From positions 53,832 to 117,831 of the forward strand of contig CANGYJ010000010.1 of NCBI GenBank assembly GCA_947458455.1: a stretch of DNA of 64,000 nucleotides, in the 5' to 3' direction. The position numbers and the translations under genes were made by a program. This document shows positions 18,115-26,606 of the stretch, in pieces (positions within the stretch are counted from its first letter, which is position 1; each line of letters starts with the position of its first letter). The notes below the pieces were generated by a model, which made no database searches, was not told the origin of the DNA, and was given only the letters and a program-made list of their open reading frames with translations. This stretch comes from Verrucomicrobiaceae bacterium (GTDB lineage Bacteria; Verrucomicrobiota; Verrucomicrobiia; Verrucomicrobiales; Verrucomicrobiaceae).

Positions 18115-18791
18115 AAAACATCACCGTGCTCATCGCCGAGGATCACACCATCGTTCGCGAAGGCCTGCTCATGCTGTTGAAGCGTGAAGAGGGCATCGAA
18201 GTCATCGCCCAGGCCGAAGATGGACGCGAGGCCGTGAAACTCGCCGCGAAGCTCCAGCCCGACGTCATCGTCATGGACATCGCCATGCCACATCTCAATG
18301 GCATCGAGGCCACACGGCAGATCCTGCAGGAACGCCCGGAGGCGAAAGTGATCATTCTCTCCGCCCACAGCGATGACGCCTATGTGGAGGCCGTCATGGC
18401 GCTCGGTGCCTTCGGCTATCTCATCAAGCAAATCGCCAGCCAGGTGCTGCCGGAGGCCATCCGCCGTGTGCATCAGGGCAAAAAATGCCTCAGCCCTACC
18501 ATCGCCGAACGTCGCAAGCATCACCGCCAGCGTGCGCATGATCGCGGCGAGCTGCGCACCAGCAAAGACGCTCCCGTTTTAACCTCACGGGAGGTGGAAG
18601 TACTCCAACTTATTGCTGAAGGCCGTGCGAACAAAGAAAGCGCCCAGGAGCTGCACATCAGTGTGAAAACCATCGAAAAGCATCGCCAGAGCCTCATGGA
18701 CAAGCTCAACATCCACGACACCGCCGGGCTCACGCGTCATGCCATCGCCACCGGCATCATCGAGAGCAGCGTGCAGATCACGATTGTATGA
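18111..18791 (+). CDS. response regulator, NarL/FixJ family (REC plus LuxR-type HTH)
   Basis: MKNITVLIAEDHTIVREGL...DVIVMDIAMP. HTH is LTSREVEVLQLIAEGRANKESAQELHISVKTIEKHR. Its ATG overlaps the kinase stop (ATGA). Confidence 0.93.
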   Translation: MKNITVLIAEDHTIVREGLLMLLKREEGIEVIAQAEDGREAVKLAAKLQPDVIVMDIAMPHLNGIEATRQILQERPEAKVIILSAHSDDAYVEAVMALGAFGYLIKQIASQVLPEAIRRVHQGKKCLSPTIAERRKHHRQRAHDRGELRTSKDAPVLTSREVEVLQLIAEGRANKESAQELHISVKTIEKHRQSLMDKLNIHDTAGLTRHAIATGIIESSVQITIV

Positions 18792-18799
18792 AGCTTTTT

Positions 18800-18817
18800 G
18801 GGGTGATCACCCCATGG
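18800..18817 (+). promoter_or_regulatory. ACCCCATGG box, site 3
   Basis: GGGGTGATCACCCCATGG (perfect palindrome GGGGTGA/TCACCCC), 38 nt upstream of ATG 18856. Confidence 0.5.
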
Positions 18818-18855
18818 CGGCGTTTGCAAAGTGCGGCGAGCATGTGCGCCTCACC

Positions 18856-19158
18856 ATGAAACTCACCACCACTGCCTTCCTCGCTCTCACCACGCTATTC
18901 CTCGCCCATTGCAACAAGGAGAAAGCCGCCATTGATGCTCAAGCCCACGCTAGCAAAGAAGTCATCAATGACGAAAAGCGTGCCGTGAATGCCGCCGCCG
19001 AAAACGCCACCAAGCAGGCCGATCTCAACGCCGCCGTGGACAAGGCCAACATCGAGGCGAACAAGGAAATCACTCAGGCCCAGCTCGATGCCGACAAGAA
19101 AACGGCTGATGCCGAAGCTGCCGCCACCAAGGCCAAGATTGATGCCGCCGCGAAGTAA
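18856..19158 (+). CDS. lipoprotein with Ala/Lys/Asp-rich helical (LEA/apolipoprotein-like) repeats
   Basis: Lipobox LFLAHC after MKLTTTAFLALTT, followed by low-complexity AAxxAxKxA repeats. Confidence 0.7.
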   Translation: MKLTTTAFLALTTLFLAHCNKEKAAIDAQAHASKEVINDEKRAVNAAAENATKQADLNAAVDKANIEANKEITQAQLDADKKTADAEAAATKAKIDAAAK

Positions 19159-19176
19159 TCCCCCGCTTTCACGCCC

Positions 19177-19320
19177 ATGAATATAGTCCTCATTCTTCTC
19201 ATTGTGCTGCTACTTGGCGGTGGCGGCTATGGCTTCCGCTCTGGCAATCACTACCTCGGCGGCGCCGCCTCGCTCATCGTCATCATTCTCGTTGTTCTGC
19301 TGCTCATGGGACGCATCTGA
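19177..19320 (+). CDS. DUF3309-like small membrane protein (47 aa)
   Basis: MNIVLILLIVLLLGGGGYGFRSGNHYLGGAASLIVIILVVLLLMGRI: two hydrophobic helices with a Gly-rich loop and an ...LLLMGRI ending. Below the size cutoff of the ORF track. Confidence 0.6.
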   Translation: MNIVLILLIVLLLGGGGYGFRSGNHYLGGAASLIVIILVVLLLMGRI

Positions 19321-19347
19321 TGCAGCATCGGGTAACCAGCGGATCCC

Positions 19348-20203
19348 TTGAATCGCCTCCTGTCACTCCTGCGTGAGACGTTCCGCCAATGGGATGCCCA
19401 TCATGTGCCGAAGATGGGCGCGGCGCTGTCCTTCTACACCATCTTCTCACTCGCGCCGCTCGCCGTCCTGGTGCTTTCACTCGTCAGCATGGTGGTGGAG
19501 CGCCGTGCGGCGCGGGCGGAGATCGTCGGTCAGTTCAGAAACTTCGTCGGCCATGAGGGAGCCGAAGTGATGGAGATGATTTTGCCCCAAACCGCCGCGG
19601 AGAGCGCAGGCGAACTTCGCACGCTGATTGGCTTTGGTGTGCTGCTCATCGGTGCCTCCGGCGTGTTTGGTGAGCTACAGGACTCCTTGAACCAAATCTG
19701 GTGTGTTTCCTCGAGGCGTCACCCGGTCTTCATCTTGGTGAAGGAGCGTGTCTTCTCCTTCGCCATGGTTTTCGTCATGGGCTTCCTCATGCTCGTGTCG
19801 TTTTTTGTTTTCCGCCGCCGTCGCCGCAGCAGGTGGCTGGCTGCATACTCGCTTCCCCGGCCTGGACGCCTCATGGGATTTTAGCAATGCGGTGATCTCC
19901 GTGGTGGTGACCACGCTACTGTTTGCACTGATCTATCGCATGGTGCCAGACGTTCGCATTCCTTGGCGGGATGTCTGGCTGGGGGCGATGATCGCCGCCG
20001 TGCTCTTTGAAGCGGGGAAGTTCCTGCTCGGCTTCTACTATGGGCGCAGCGCCATCGCCTCCAGCTATGGCGCGGCGGGTTCGCTGATCATCATTTTGGT
20101 CTGGGTGTTTTATTCGGCTCAGATCCTCTTCTTCGGCGCGGCCTTCACGCGGGTGTATGCGCTGCGTTTCGGTTCGCACCGCACGGAGGAGGAAGTGGTC
20201 TGA
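19348..20203 (+). pseudogene. YihY/BrkB-family membrane protein, frameshifted in a T6 run
   Basis: The N-terminal part (frame of 19348) reads GAALSFYTIFSLAPL.... The C-terminal part (frame of 19748) reads AAVAAAGGWL...YGAAGSLIIILVWVFYSAQILFFGAAF. The two join if one T of TTTTTT (19801-19806) is removed. Confidence 0.7.
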
Positions 20204-20206
20204 CCT

Positions 20207-20383
20207 GGACTGCGGCAGCCTGCTGCCGCTTTCCGGTAGGCAGCCTGCTGCCTCCGAACGTCCCAGAGAATCGTCACGTTTGCCGCTCCAGCATGGGCGG
20301 GAGCCGATGGTGTTAAAGAATGCCTGTCGGACAAATCGCCAGCAGGCTGGCTTAGCAAAAGCGGCAGCAGGCTGCCGCAGTCC
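20207..20383. mobile_element. MITE-like palindromic element, copy A (177 bp)
   Basis: Terminal inverted repeats are GGACTGCGGCAGCCTGCTGCCGCT and AGCGGCAGCAGGCTGCCGCAGTCC. Inner repeats are AGGCAGCCTGCTGCC and GCCAGCAGGCTGGCT. No coding capacity. Confidence 0.6.
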
Positions 20384-20531
20384 ATGCCTATTTCACCGCG
20401 TCATGCTTCAGCGTTTCTTCAATCATCACTCGGATCGCGTGCAGATGCTCATCCGCCTGGCGAGCATAATGCAGCAGGCCGATCGTCGCTCCGAGCAGGC
20501 CTAAAGTCAGCAGTGCCAGCACCACGGTCAG

Positions 20532-20771
20532 CTAAGTGAGATAGTGCGTCAGCTTGGCGAGGTGCAGATGGATCAGCGCCTGCTCCTTGATGATGCTAAG
20601 GGATAGAATTGCACTCTTGGCTGCGGTCTTGGCCAGTTGAGGCCCAGGTGCCTGCGCCGTGTTCGCCGCCTCTTTGTAGATCTCCAGTAGCAACTCATCG
20701 GTGCTCAATGACAGATCATTCGCGATGGCGTCCGCACATTGCTCATCGGTCATTTCTTTTTCTTCAGTCAT
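20532..20771 (-). CDS. hypothetical small protein (frame continues past an amber codon)
   Basis: 79-aa ORF starting MTEEKEMTDEQ. The same frame stays open for 47 more codons after TAG 20532-20534 and encodes a TM helix. Confidence 0.4.
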   Translation of the reverse strand: MTEEKEMTDEQCADAIANDLSLSTDELLLEIYKEAANTAQAPGPQLAKTAAKSAILSLSIIKEQALIHLHLAKLTHYLT

Positions 20772-20812
20772 GGTAGAGCGTCCATGGGCTGGTTGTGGAG
20801 CATCCGCAAGGC

Positions 20813-20828
20813 GGGTTTCACCCCATGG
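20813..20828 (+). promoter_or_regulatory. ACCCCATGG box, site 4 (abutting MITE copy B)
   Basis: GGGTTTCACCCCATGG, identical to site 5. Its last bases overlap the start of MITE B. Confidence 0.4.
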
Positions 20829-21002
20829 ACTGCGGCAGCCTGCTGCCGCTATTGGGAGGCAGCCTGCTGCCGTCGAACGTCCCAGCGGCTTGTCACACTG
20901 TGCCGCTCACGCGTGGGCGAGAGCTGCTGAAGAAAAGAAAACTTATCGACCTTTGTGCCAGCAGGCTGGCTTGAAAAAAGCGGCAGCAGGCTGCCGCAGT
21001 CC
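20827..21002. mobile_element. MITE-like palindromic element, copy B (176 bp)
   Basis: Same terminal and internal inverted repeats as copy A, with a diverged centre. It lies between box 4 and the ATPase start codon. Confidence 0.6.
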
Positions 21003-21016
21003 ATGTTTATCACCCT

Positions 21017-23698
21017 ATGGAATCCCCACCTCCTGCGGCATGGCACGCCATCACCGCCGAGGAGGCCGCACACACGCTCGGCGTCACGGTGGCAACGGGA
21101 CTCAGCAAGGCCGAGGTCAAGCGGAGGCAAGCGGAAAGTGGGCCGAACAAAGTCAGCGCAAGGCGTGGCACACCGGCGTGGTTGAAGTTTCTCCAGCAGT
21201 TCCATCAACCGCTTGTTTATGTCATGCTCGTCGCGGTGGGCGCGACGTCGTTTCTCGGCGAGTGGGTGGATGCGGGCGTGATCGGGGCCATCGTGGTCGT
21301 GAATGCCATTGTCGGCTTTTTGCAGGAAACGAAGGCGGAAACAGCCATCGAAGCGCTGGCCAAAATGGTCGTCACCGAGGCGACGGTGCGGCGTGAGGGC
21401 AAAAAAGAGCGTGTACCGTCCGAATCGCTCGTGCCGGGTGAAGTGGTGCTTTTGCAGTCTGGCGACCGCGTGCCAGCGGAAATGCGTTTGATCGAGATTC
21501 GCAGCCTTCAGGTCGATGAATCGGCTCTCACAGGCGAATCCCTGCCAGTGGCCAAACAGCTCGATGTTTTGCCTGAAGGCACCGAACTGGCAGATCGCAC
21601 GAATTTGGCCTTTGCTGGCACTTTCATCACCAGTGGGCAGGCGGAGGGCGTCGTCTGCCTCATCGGCGACCAAACCGAGACGGGCCGCATCGCAGGCCTC
21701 ATCGCAGGCGCGGTGGAGATGTCCACACCGCTGACGAAACAGATCGCCCGCTTCAGCCAAATGGTGCTGTGGGTCATTCTGGGCCTCGCGGCGCTGACGT
21801 TTGCCGTGGGCGTGATGCGTGGCGAAAAACCAGCCAACATGTTCATGGCCGCCGTCGCTTTGGCCGTTGGTGCCATTCCAGAGGGCTTGCCAGCCGCGGT
21901 GACCATCGTTTTAGCAATCGACGTGTCACGCATGGCACGGCGGCAGGCCATTATCCGCAAGTTGCCTGCCGTGGAGACGCTCGGCAGCACCACGGTCATC
22001 TGCTCCGACAAAACCGGCACGCTCACGGAGAACCAAATGACCGTGCGGGAAGTCTTCGCGGGTGGCAGGCTCTTCACCGTCACCGGCAGCGGCTATGAAC
22101 CGAAGGGCGAGCTCTTGCTCGATGGCACTGCCGTGAAGCCGGAGGAGCATGCCGCGCTGGCGGAATGCCTCCGCGCTGGCCTGTTGTGCAATGATAGCCA
22201 GATCGTGCTCAAAGAAGGTCGCCATGCTGTGCAGGGCGATCCCACGGAGGCCGCGCTCATCGTCGCTGCTGAAAAAATGGGTCTCAAACACACGGCCACT
22301 CATCGCGAATCTCCCCGCGTGGACATGATCCCCTTTGAGTCGGAAAACATGTTCCGCGCCACGCTTCACGAAGATGAAGACGAGCGTGTCATTTACCAAG
22401 TGGGTGCGCTGGAGCGCCTGCTGGAGCGTTGCACCGACGTGCTCGGCGATGACTGCCAAACCACCCCTCTCGACAAAGCCGCTGTGCTCCGCAGCGCCGA
22501 TGCCATGGCCTCCCACGGCCTGCGTGTGTTGGCGATGGTGCGCAGGCAGGTGGACAAAGCCCACGACAACCTCGAAATCGAACACGTCGCCAAAGATCTG
22601 ACCTTCCTCGGCCTCCAGGGCATGATCGACCCGCCACGAGCCGCCGCCGTGGCCTCCGTCGCGAATTTCGCCCAAGCAGGCATCGCGGTGAAAATGATCA
22701 CGAGGGGTCATCTCATCACGGCGCGGGCGATTGCCACGCAGATCGGCCTGAAGGGCGTTGAAGCGCTCACTGGCAGCGATTTGGAAAAAATCGCCGACGC
22801 TGAGCTGCCGGAAATCGCCGAGCGCACCACCGTCTTTGCTCGTGTGGCACCGGAGCAGAAGTTGCGGCTCGTCAAAGCGCTGCAAGCACGCGGCCACATC
22901 GTCGCGATGACTGGCGACGGCGTGAATGATGCACCAGCGCTGAAGCAGGCCGATATCGGCGTCGCCATGGGCATCAGCGGAACGGATGTGGCCAAAGGCG
23001 CTGCCGCCATGATCCTCACCGACGACAACTTTGCGAGCATCGAGGCCGCCGTGGAGGAAGGACGCGGCGTGTATGACAACCTCACCAAATTCATCGTGTG
23101 GATCATCCCCACGAACCTCGGTGAATCGCTCATGCTGCTCTGCGCCATCATGCTGGGCTTGCCGCTGCCGCTCGTGCCGCTACAACTGCTGTGGATCAAT
23201 CTCACCGACACCGTGCTCGGCCTCTCGCTCGCCTTTGAGCCGAAGGAAGGCGACGTGATGAACCGTCCGCCGCGTCCCACGCAGCAGCCGCTGCTGCCCT
23301 GGCCGCTCATTCTGCGTTCCGGGCTCGTATCCTCCATCATGCTCGCCGTTGGGCTGGGCGTCTTTCTGTGGGAGCTGCGCATGGAAAACGCCGGCCTGGC
23401 CTCCGCCCGAACCGCTGTGGTGAATGTGATCGTGCTGGTGCAGGTCTTTTATCTCTTCAACTGCCGCGCTTTGAAGCACAGTGCACTGTCCGCCGGCCTA
23501 TTCAAGAACCGCTGGGTCGTCGCAGGAGCACTGACGATGCTGACCGCCCAGGTGCTCTTCACGCATAGCGCCCTGCTGAACCAACTCTTCCACAGCGCAC
23601 CCATCTCTGCCGGATCCTGGATCCGAGTCACCGCCGCCGCCGTCATCGTCTTCATCGTCGTCGAGATGGAGAAGTGGCTGCGGTTTCGGCGTGCGTGA
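21017..23698 (+). CDS. cation-transporting P-type ATPase (type II-like)
   Basis: 893 aa with LTGES, ICSDKTGTLT, TGDGVNDAPALKQADIGVAMG, a cation-ATPase N-terminal domain and about 10 TM segments. Confidence 0.93.
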   Translation: MESPPPAAWHAITAEEAAHTLGVTVATGLSKAEVKRRQAESGPNKVSARRGTPAWLKFLQQFHQPLVYVMLVAVGATSFLGEWVDAGVIGAIVVVNAIVGFLQETKAETAIEALAKMVVTEATVRREGKKERVPSESLVPGEVVLLQSGDRVPAEMRLIEIRSLQVDESALTGESLPVAKQLDVLPEGTELADRTNLAFAGTFITSGQAEGVVCLIGDQTETGRIAGLIAGAVEMSTPLTKQIARFSQMVLWVILGLAALTFAVGVMRGEKPANMFMAAVALAVGAIPEGLPAAVTIVLAIDVSRMARRQAIIRKLPAVETLGSTTVICSDKTGTLTENQMTVREVFAGGRLFTVTGSGYEPKGELLLDGTAVKPEEHAALAECLRAGLLCNDSQIVLKEGRHAVQGDPTEAALIVAAEKMGLKHTATHRESPRVDMIPFESENMFRATLHEDEDERVIYQVGALERLLERCTDVLGDDCQTTPLDKAAVLRSADAMASHGLRVLAMVRRQVDKAHDNLEIEHVAKDLTFLGLQGMIDPPRAAAVASVANFAQAGIAVKMITRGHLITARAIATQIGLKGVEALTGSDLEKIADAELPEIAERTTVFARVAPEQKLRLVKALQARGHIVAMTGDGVNDAPALKQADIGVAMGISGTDVAKGAAAMILTDDNFASIEAAVEEGRGVYDNLTKFIVWIIPTNLGESLMLLCAIMLGLPLPLVPLQLLWINLTDTVLGLSLAFEPKEGDVMNRPPRPTQQPLLPWPLILRSGLVSSIMLAVGLGVFLWELRMENAGLASARTAVVNVIVLVQVFYLFNCRALKHSALSAGLFKNRWVVAGALTMLTAQVLFTHSALLNQLFHSAPISAGSWIRVTAAAVIVFIVVEMEKWLRFRRA

Positions 23699-23707
23699 CA
23701 TGGACAT

Positions 23708-23732
23708 GGACTGCGGCAGCCTACTGCCGTCG
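23708..23732. repeat. solo/truncated MITE terminus, copy C
   Basis: GGACTGCGGCAGCCTACTGCCGTCG lies 10 nt after the ATPase stop. No partner arm is seen. Confidence 0.5.
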
Positions 23733-23919
23733 CCCAAGGGCTAATTTTCGAGAGAACTGCAATCCAATTACTCACCAACTCCCTCGCCATCACGGCTTCG
23801 AGTCGGAGCGCGAATGCCCTCGCCCGCCTTCATGGTGGCGACCCGTGGTCGCCATCGCAAGGCCGACAACGCGTCGGCACTCCATGCTCATTTGCCGAGC
23901 AAGAAGGCTCAATCGACGA

Positions 23920-26421
23920 TCACGGCAGCGTCACCTGCACGCGACCAAAGCACCTCGGAATCGCGGCGGTATCGTAGGGTTCCTCGTAGATCACGCGTTC
24001 CCAAGTGGCGTCGATCGAGATGACGGTCGGTAGGTCGGTCAGCGGCACCCAGGAGGCGGGATTGGCCAGCTCGCCGGATTTCTGCGGCGTGTAGATTAGG
24101 CCGCTATTCTTCCGCCGCAGGAACTCGAAGCGGAAGATGCTGGCACCGCCATTCGGCTGCGCGGTGATGCCTGGCAGGCCGCGGCTGCCACCGGGCGGCA
24201 TCGTCGCGGAATCCGACCCGCTGAGGTTCATGTTGAAGGCGTATTTGAGCAGGTTCTTCACGCCGTCTTGATATGGCGTGGCATCTAGCGCCGCATTCGG
24301 GCCGGTGAGACCGGCCGTGGTCATGGCGGCATCAAACACCTGGGCAGGAGTCAAGACGGCAGGAAGCGTGAAAGTGTAAGCCGCGCCAGCCAACATGGCG
24401 CTATTGTCCGCCTGATTGCCGCCCACCCCGGTGGCGTTGCTGGCCTCGCTGAGAGCTCCAATCACCACCGTGTCGCCCGACACGGCCACGGAGTTGCCGA
24501 AGTTATCACCCGCCCCGGTGTTGCTGGCTTTCAGGTAGGCCTGCTGCGTCCAGGTAATGCCGCTGCGGGTGAATACATAGGCGGCACCAGAATTGTTTGC
24601 GCTTTCGTTCGCCTGATTGCCGCCCACCCCGGTGGCGTTGCTGTCTTCGCTGGAAGCTCCAATGACCACCGTGTCGCCCAACACGGCAACGGAGCCGCCG
24701 AAGACGTCCCCCGCCCCGGTGTTGCTGGCTTTCAGGTAGGCCTGCTGTGTCCAAGTGCCGCCGCTGCGGGTGAAGACGTAGGCTGCGCCGGCGGTGGTGG
24801 CGCTGTTGTCCGCCTGATCGCCGTTCAGGCCGGTGGCGTTGCTGTCCTCCTCGACTGCCCCAATGACTACCGTGTCGCCCGACACGGCCACGGACCCGCC
24901 GAAAAAGTCCCCCACCCCGGTGTTGCTGGCTTTCAGGTAGGCCTGCTGCGTCCAAGTGCTGCCGCTGCGGTTGAACACATAGGCTGCGCCGGCATTGCTA
25001 GCACTGTTGTCCGCCTGATTGCCGTTCACCCCGGTAGCGTTGTCCTCTCCCCCTGCCCCGATGACCACCGTGTCGCCCGACACGGCCACGGAGGAGCCGA
25101 AGCCATCCTCCGCATCGGTGTTGCTGGCTTTGAGGTAGGCCTGCTGCGTCCAGGTGCTGCCGCTGCGGGTGAACACATAAGCTGCGCCGGCCTGGCTGGC
25201 GCTGTTGTCCGCCTGATTGCCGTCTACCCCGGTGGCGTTGCTAGCCTCGAGGTAAGCCCCGATGACCGCCGTGTCGCCTGACACAGCGACGGAGTAGCCG
25301 AACCAGTCCTCCGCCCCGGGGTTGCTGGCTTTTAGGTAGGCCTGCTGCGTCCAGGTACTGCCGCTGCGGGTGAACACATAGGCGGCACCGGAATTGTTTG
25401 CGCTTTCGTTCGCCTGATTGCCGTTCACTCCGGTAGCGTTGCTGTCCTCGCCGGAGGCTCCGATGACCAACGTGTCACCCGACACGGCCAAGGAGAAGCC
25501 GAAGCGGTCAGACACCCCGGGGTTGCTGGCTTTCAGGTAGGCCTGCTGGGTCCAGGCGCCGCCGCTGCGGGTGAAGATGTAAACTGCGCCGGAACTGATG
25601 GCGCTGTTGTTCGCCTGATTGCCGTTCACCCCGCTGGCGTTGCTGGACTCGCCGGAAGCCCCGATGATCACCGTATCGCCCGACACGGCCACCGAGCTGC
25701 CAAAGTTATCAAATACATCCGTGTTGCTCGCTTTCAGGTAGGCCTGCTGGGCGATGGGGTCGATGGTGATGGGATATTGGGCGGCGCTGTCGTCGTAGCG
25801 GACGGCGAAACCTTCCGCCGTGGCCTCGAAGTGGGTGGGGATAGTCTTGCCTGTGGCGTCCCAGGCTTTGAGGCCGGAGTAGGTGAGCTGGCCGCCGAAC
25901 CGGATGCTCTGGGGAGAGACGCTCGGCTTGAGATTGCCCCGGACGCGGAGGCGGATCTCCGCTGGAGCGCTGAGCGTCCAGCCTTGCTCCAAGCCGCGCT
26001 GGTCATTGACGAACCATTCGGTGATCGCCGGGGTGAGCTGGCGGCTGAGGCGGTTGGCCGTAGCTTCGAGTGGCATTCGAAGTCGCACGTCGCCAGAACT
26101 TCGAGTGCCACTCGAAGCTACTTCCAAACCCCAGGTCCATGCACCGTCCTCCGGCTGGGCGGTGAAGCCTTTGTCGTCGAAGGTCATTTGCCAGCCTTGG
26201 CCGGGATTCCGCGCCACATGGCTGCCATCCTCTTGTTTGAAGAACTGATGGCGGCCCGCCTCATACGCGGCGCGGATGCTGCTCCAGTCGGACTTGGCGA
26301 GCCCCTCGGGAACCTGGTCTGGGGAAGTAAGCTGCTGAGGCTTCGAAGCGGGCAGCGTCGCAGCGCGGGCAGAAAGCGTGCAGGCGAAGGAAACGAGAAT
26401 GAGACCGAGAATGGCTTTCAT
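23920..26421 (-). CDS. secreted repeat protein (FG-GAP-like beta-propeller repeats)
   Basis: 833 aa with a signal peptide and seven tandem ~67-aa units of the form QQAYLKASNxxxxDxFGxSVAVSGDTVVIGAxxExSNATGVxGNQADNSAxxAGAAYVFTRSGxTWT. Confidence 0.85.
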   Translation of the reverse strand: MKAILGLILVSFACTLSARAATLPASKPQQLTSPDQVPEGLAKSDWSSIRAAYEAGRHQFFKQEDGSHVARNPGQGWQMTFDDKGFTAQPEDGAWTWGLEVASSGTRSSGDVRLRMPLEATANRLSRQLTPAITEWFVNDQRGLEQGWTLSAPAEIRLRVRGNLKPSVSPQSIRFGGQLTYSGLKAWDATGKTIPTHFEATAEGFAVRYDDSAAQYPITIDPIAQQAYLKASNTDVFDNFGSSVAVSGDTVIIGASGESSNASGVNGNQANNSAISSGAVYIFTRSGGAWTQQAYLKASNPGVSDRFGFSLAVSGDTLVIGASGEDSNATGVNGNQANESANNSGAAYVFTRSGSTWTQQAYLKASNPGAEDWFGYSVAVSGDTAVIGAYLEASNATGVDGNQADNSASQAGAAYVFTRSGSTWTQQAYLKASNTDAEDGFGSSVAVSGDTVVIGAGGEDNATGVNGNQADNSASNAGAAYVFNRSGSTWTQQAYLKASNTGVGDFFGGSVAVSGDTVVIGAVEEDSNATGLNGDQADNSATTAGAAYVFTRSGGTWTQQAYLKASNTGAGDVFGGSVAVLGDTVVIGASSEDSNATGVGGNQANESANNSGAAYVFTRSGITWTQQAYLKASNTGAGDNFGNSVAVSGDTVVIGALSEASNATGVGGNQADNSAMLAGAAYTFTLPAVLTPAQVFDAAMTTAGLTGPNAALDATPYQDGVKNLLKYAFNMNLSGSDSATMPPGGSRGLPGITAQPNGGASIFRFEFLRRKNSGLIYTPQKSGELANPASWVPLTDLPTVISIDATWERVIYEEPYDTAAIPRCFGRVQVTLP
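24367..25749 (-). repeat. coding tandem repeat, ~201-bp period x7
   Basis: This is the DNA-level periodicity of the 67-aa units inside CDS 23920-26421. Confidence 0.8.
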
Positions 26422-26557
26422 TGCGGCATCTTAAGCATCGCCACATAATGACAACCTACGATTTAGTTTGATAACCCTTCAGATCGGTGGCCGAAACATG
26501 AGAGGACTCAGAGATTCAAGCTGGCTTTGAGAAGGCGCCACAATCCAAATAGTGGTA

Positions 26558-26573
26558 GGGTTTCACCCCATGG
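26558..26573 (+). promoter_or_regulatory. ACCCCATGG box, site 5
   Basis: GGGTTTCACCCCATGG followed by CGGG, 33 nt upstream of ATG 26607. Confidence 0.45.
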
Positions 26574-26606
26574 CGGGAAATGGGACGATGTGCTCCAGTG
26601 CGGCAC

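Noticed and set aside
24367-25749. Regular ~200-bp DNA periodicity that could be mistaken for a CRISPR or satellite array
   Set aside because: It lies wholly inside an uninterrupted 833-aa ORF and encodes 67-aa protein repeats. There is no short constant repeat alternating with unique spacers.
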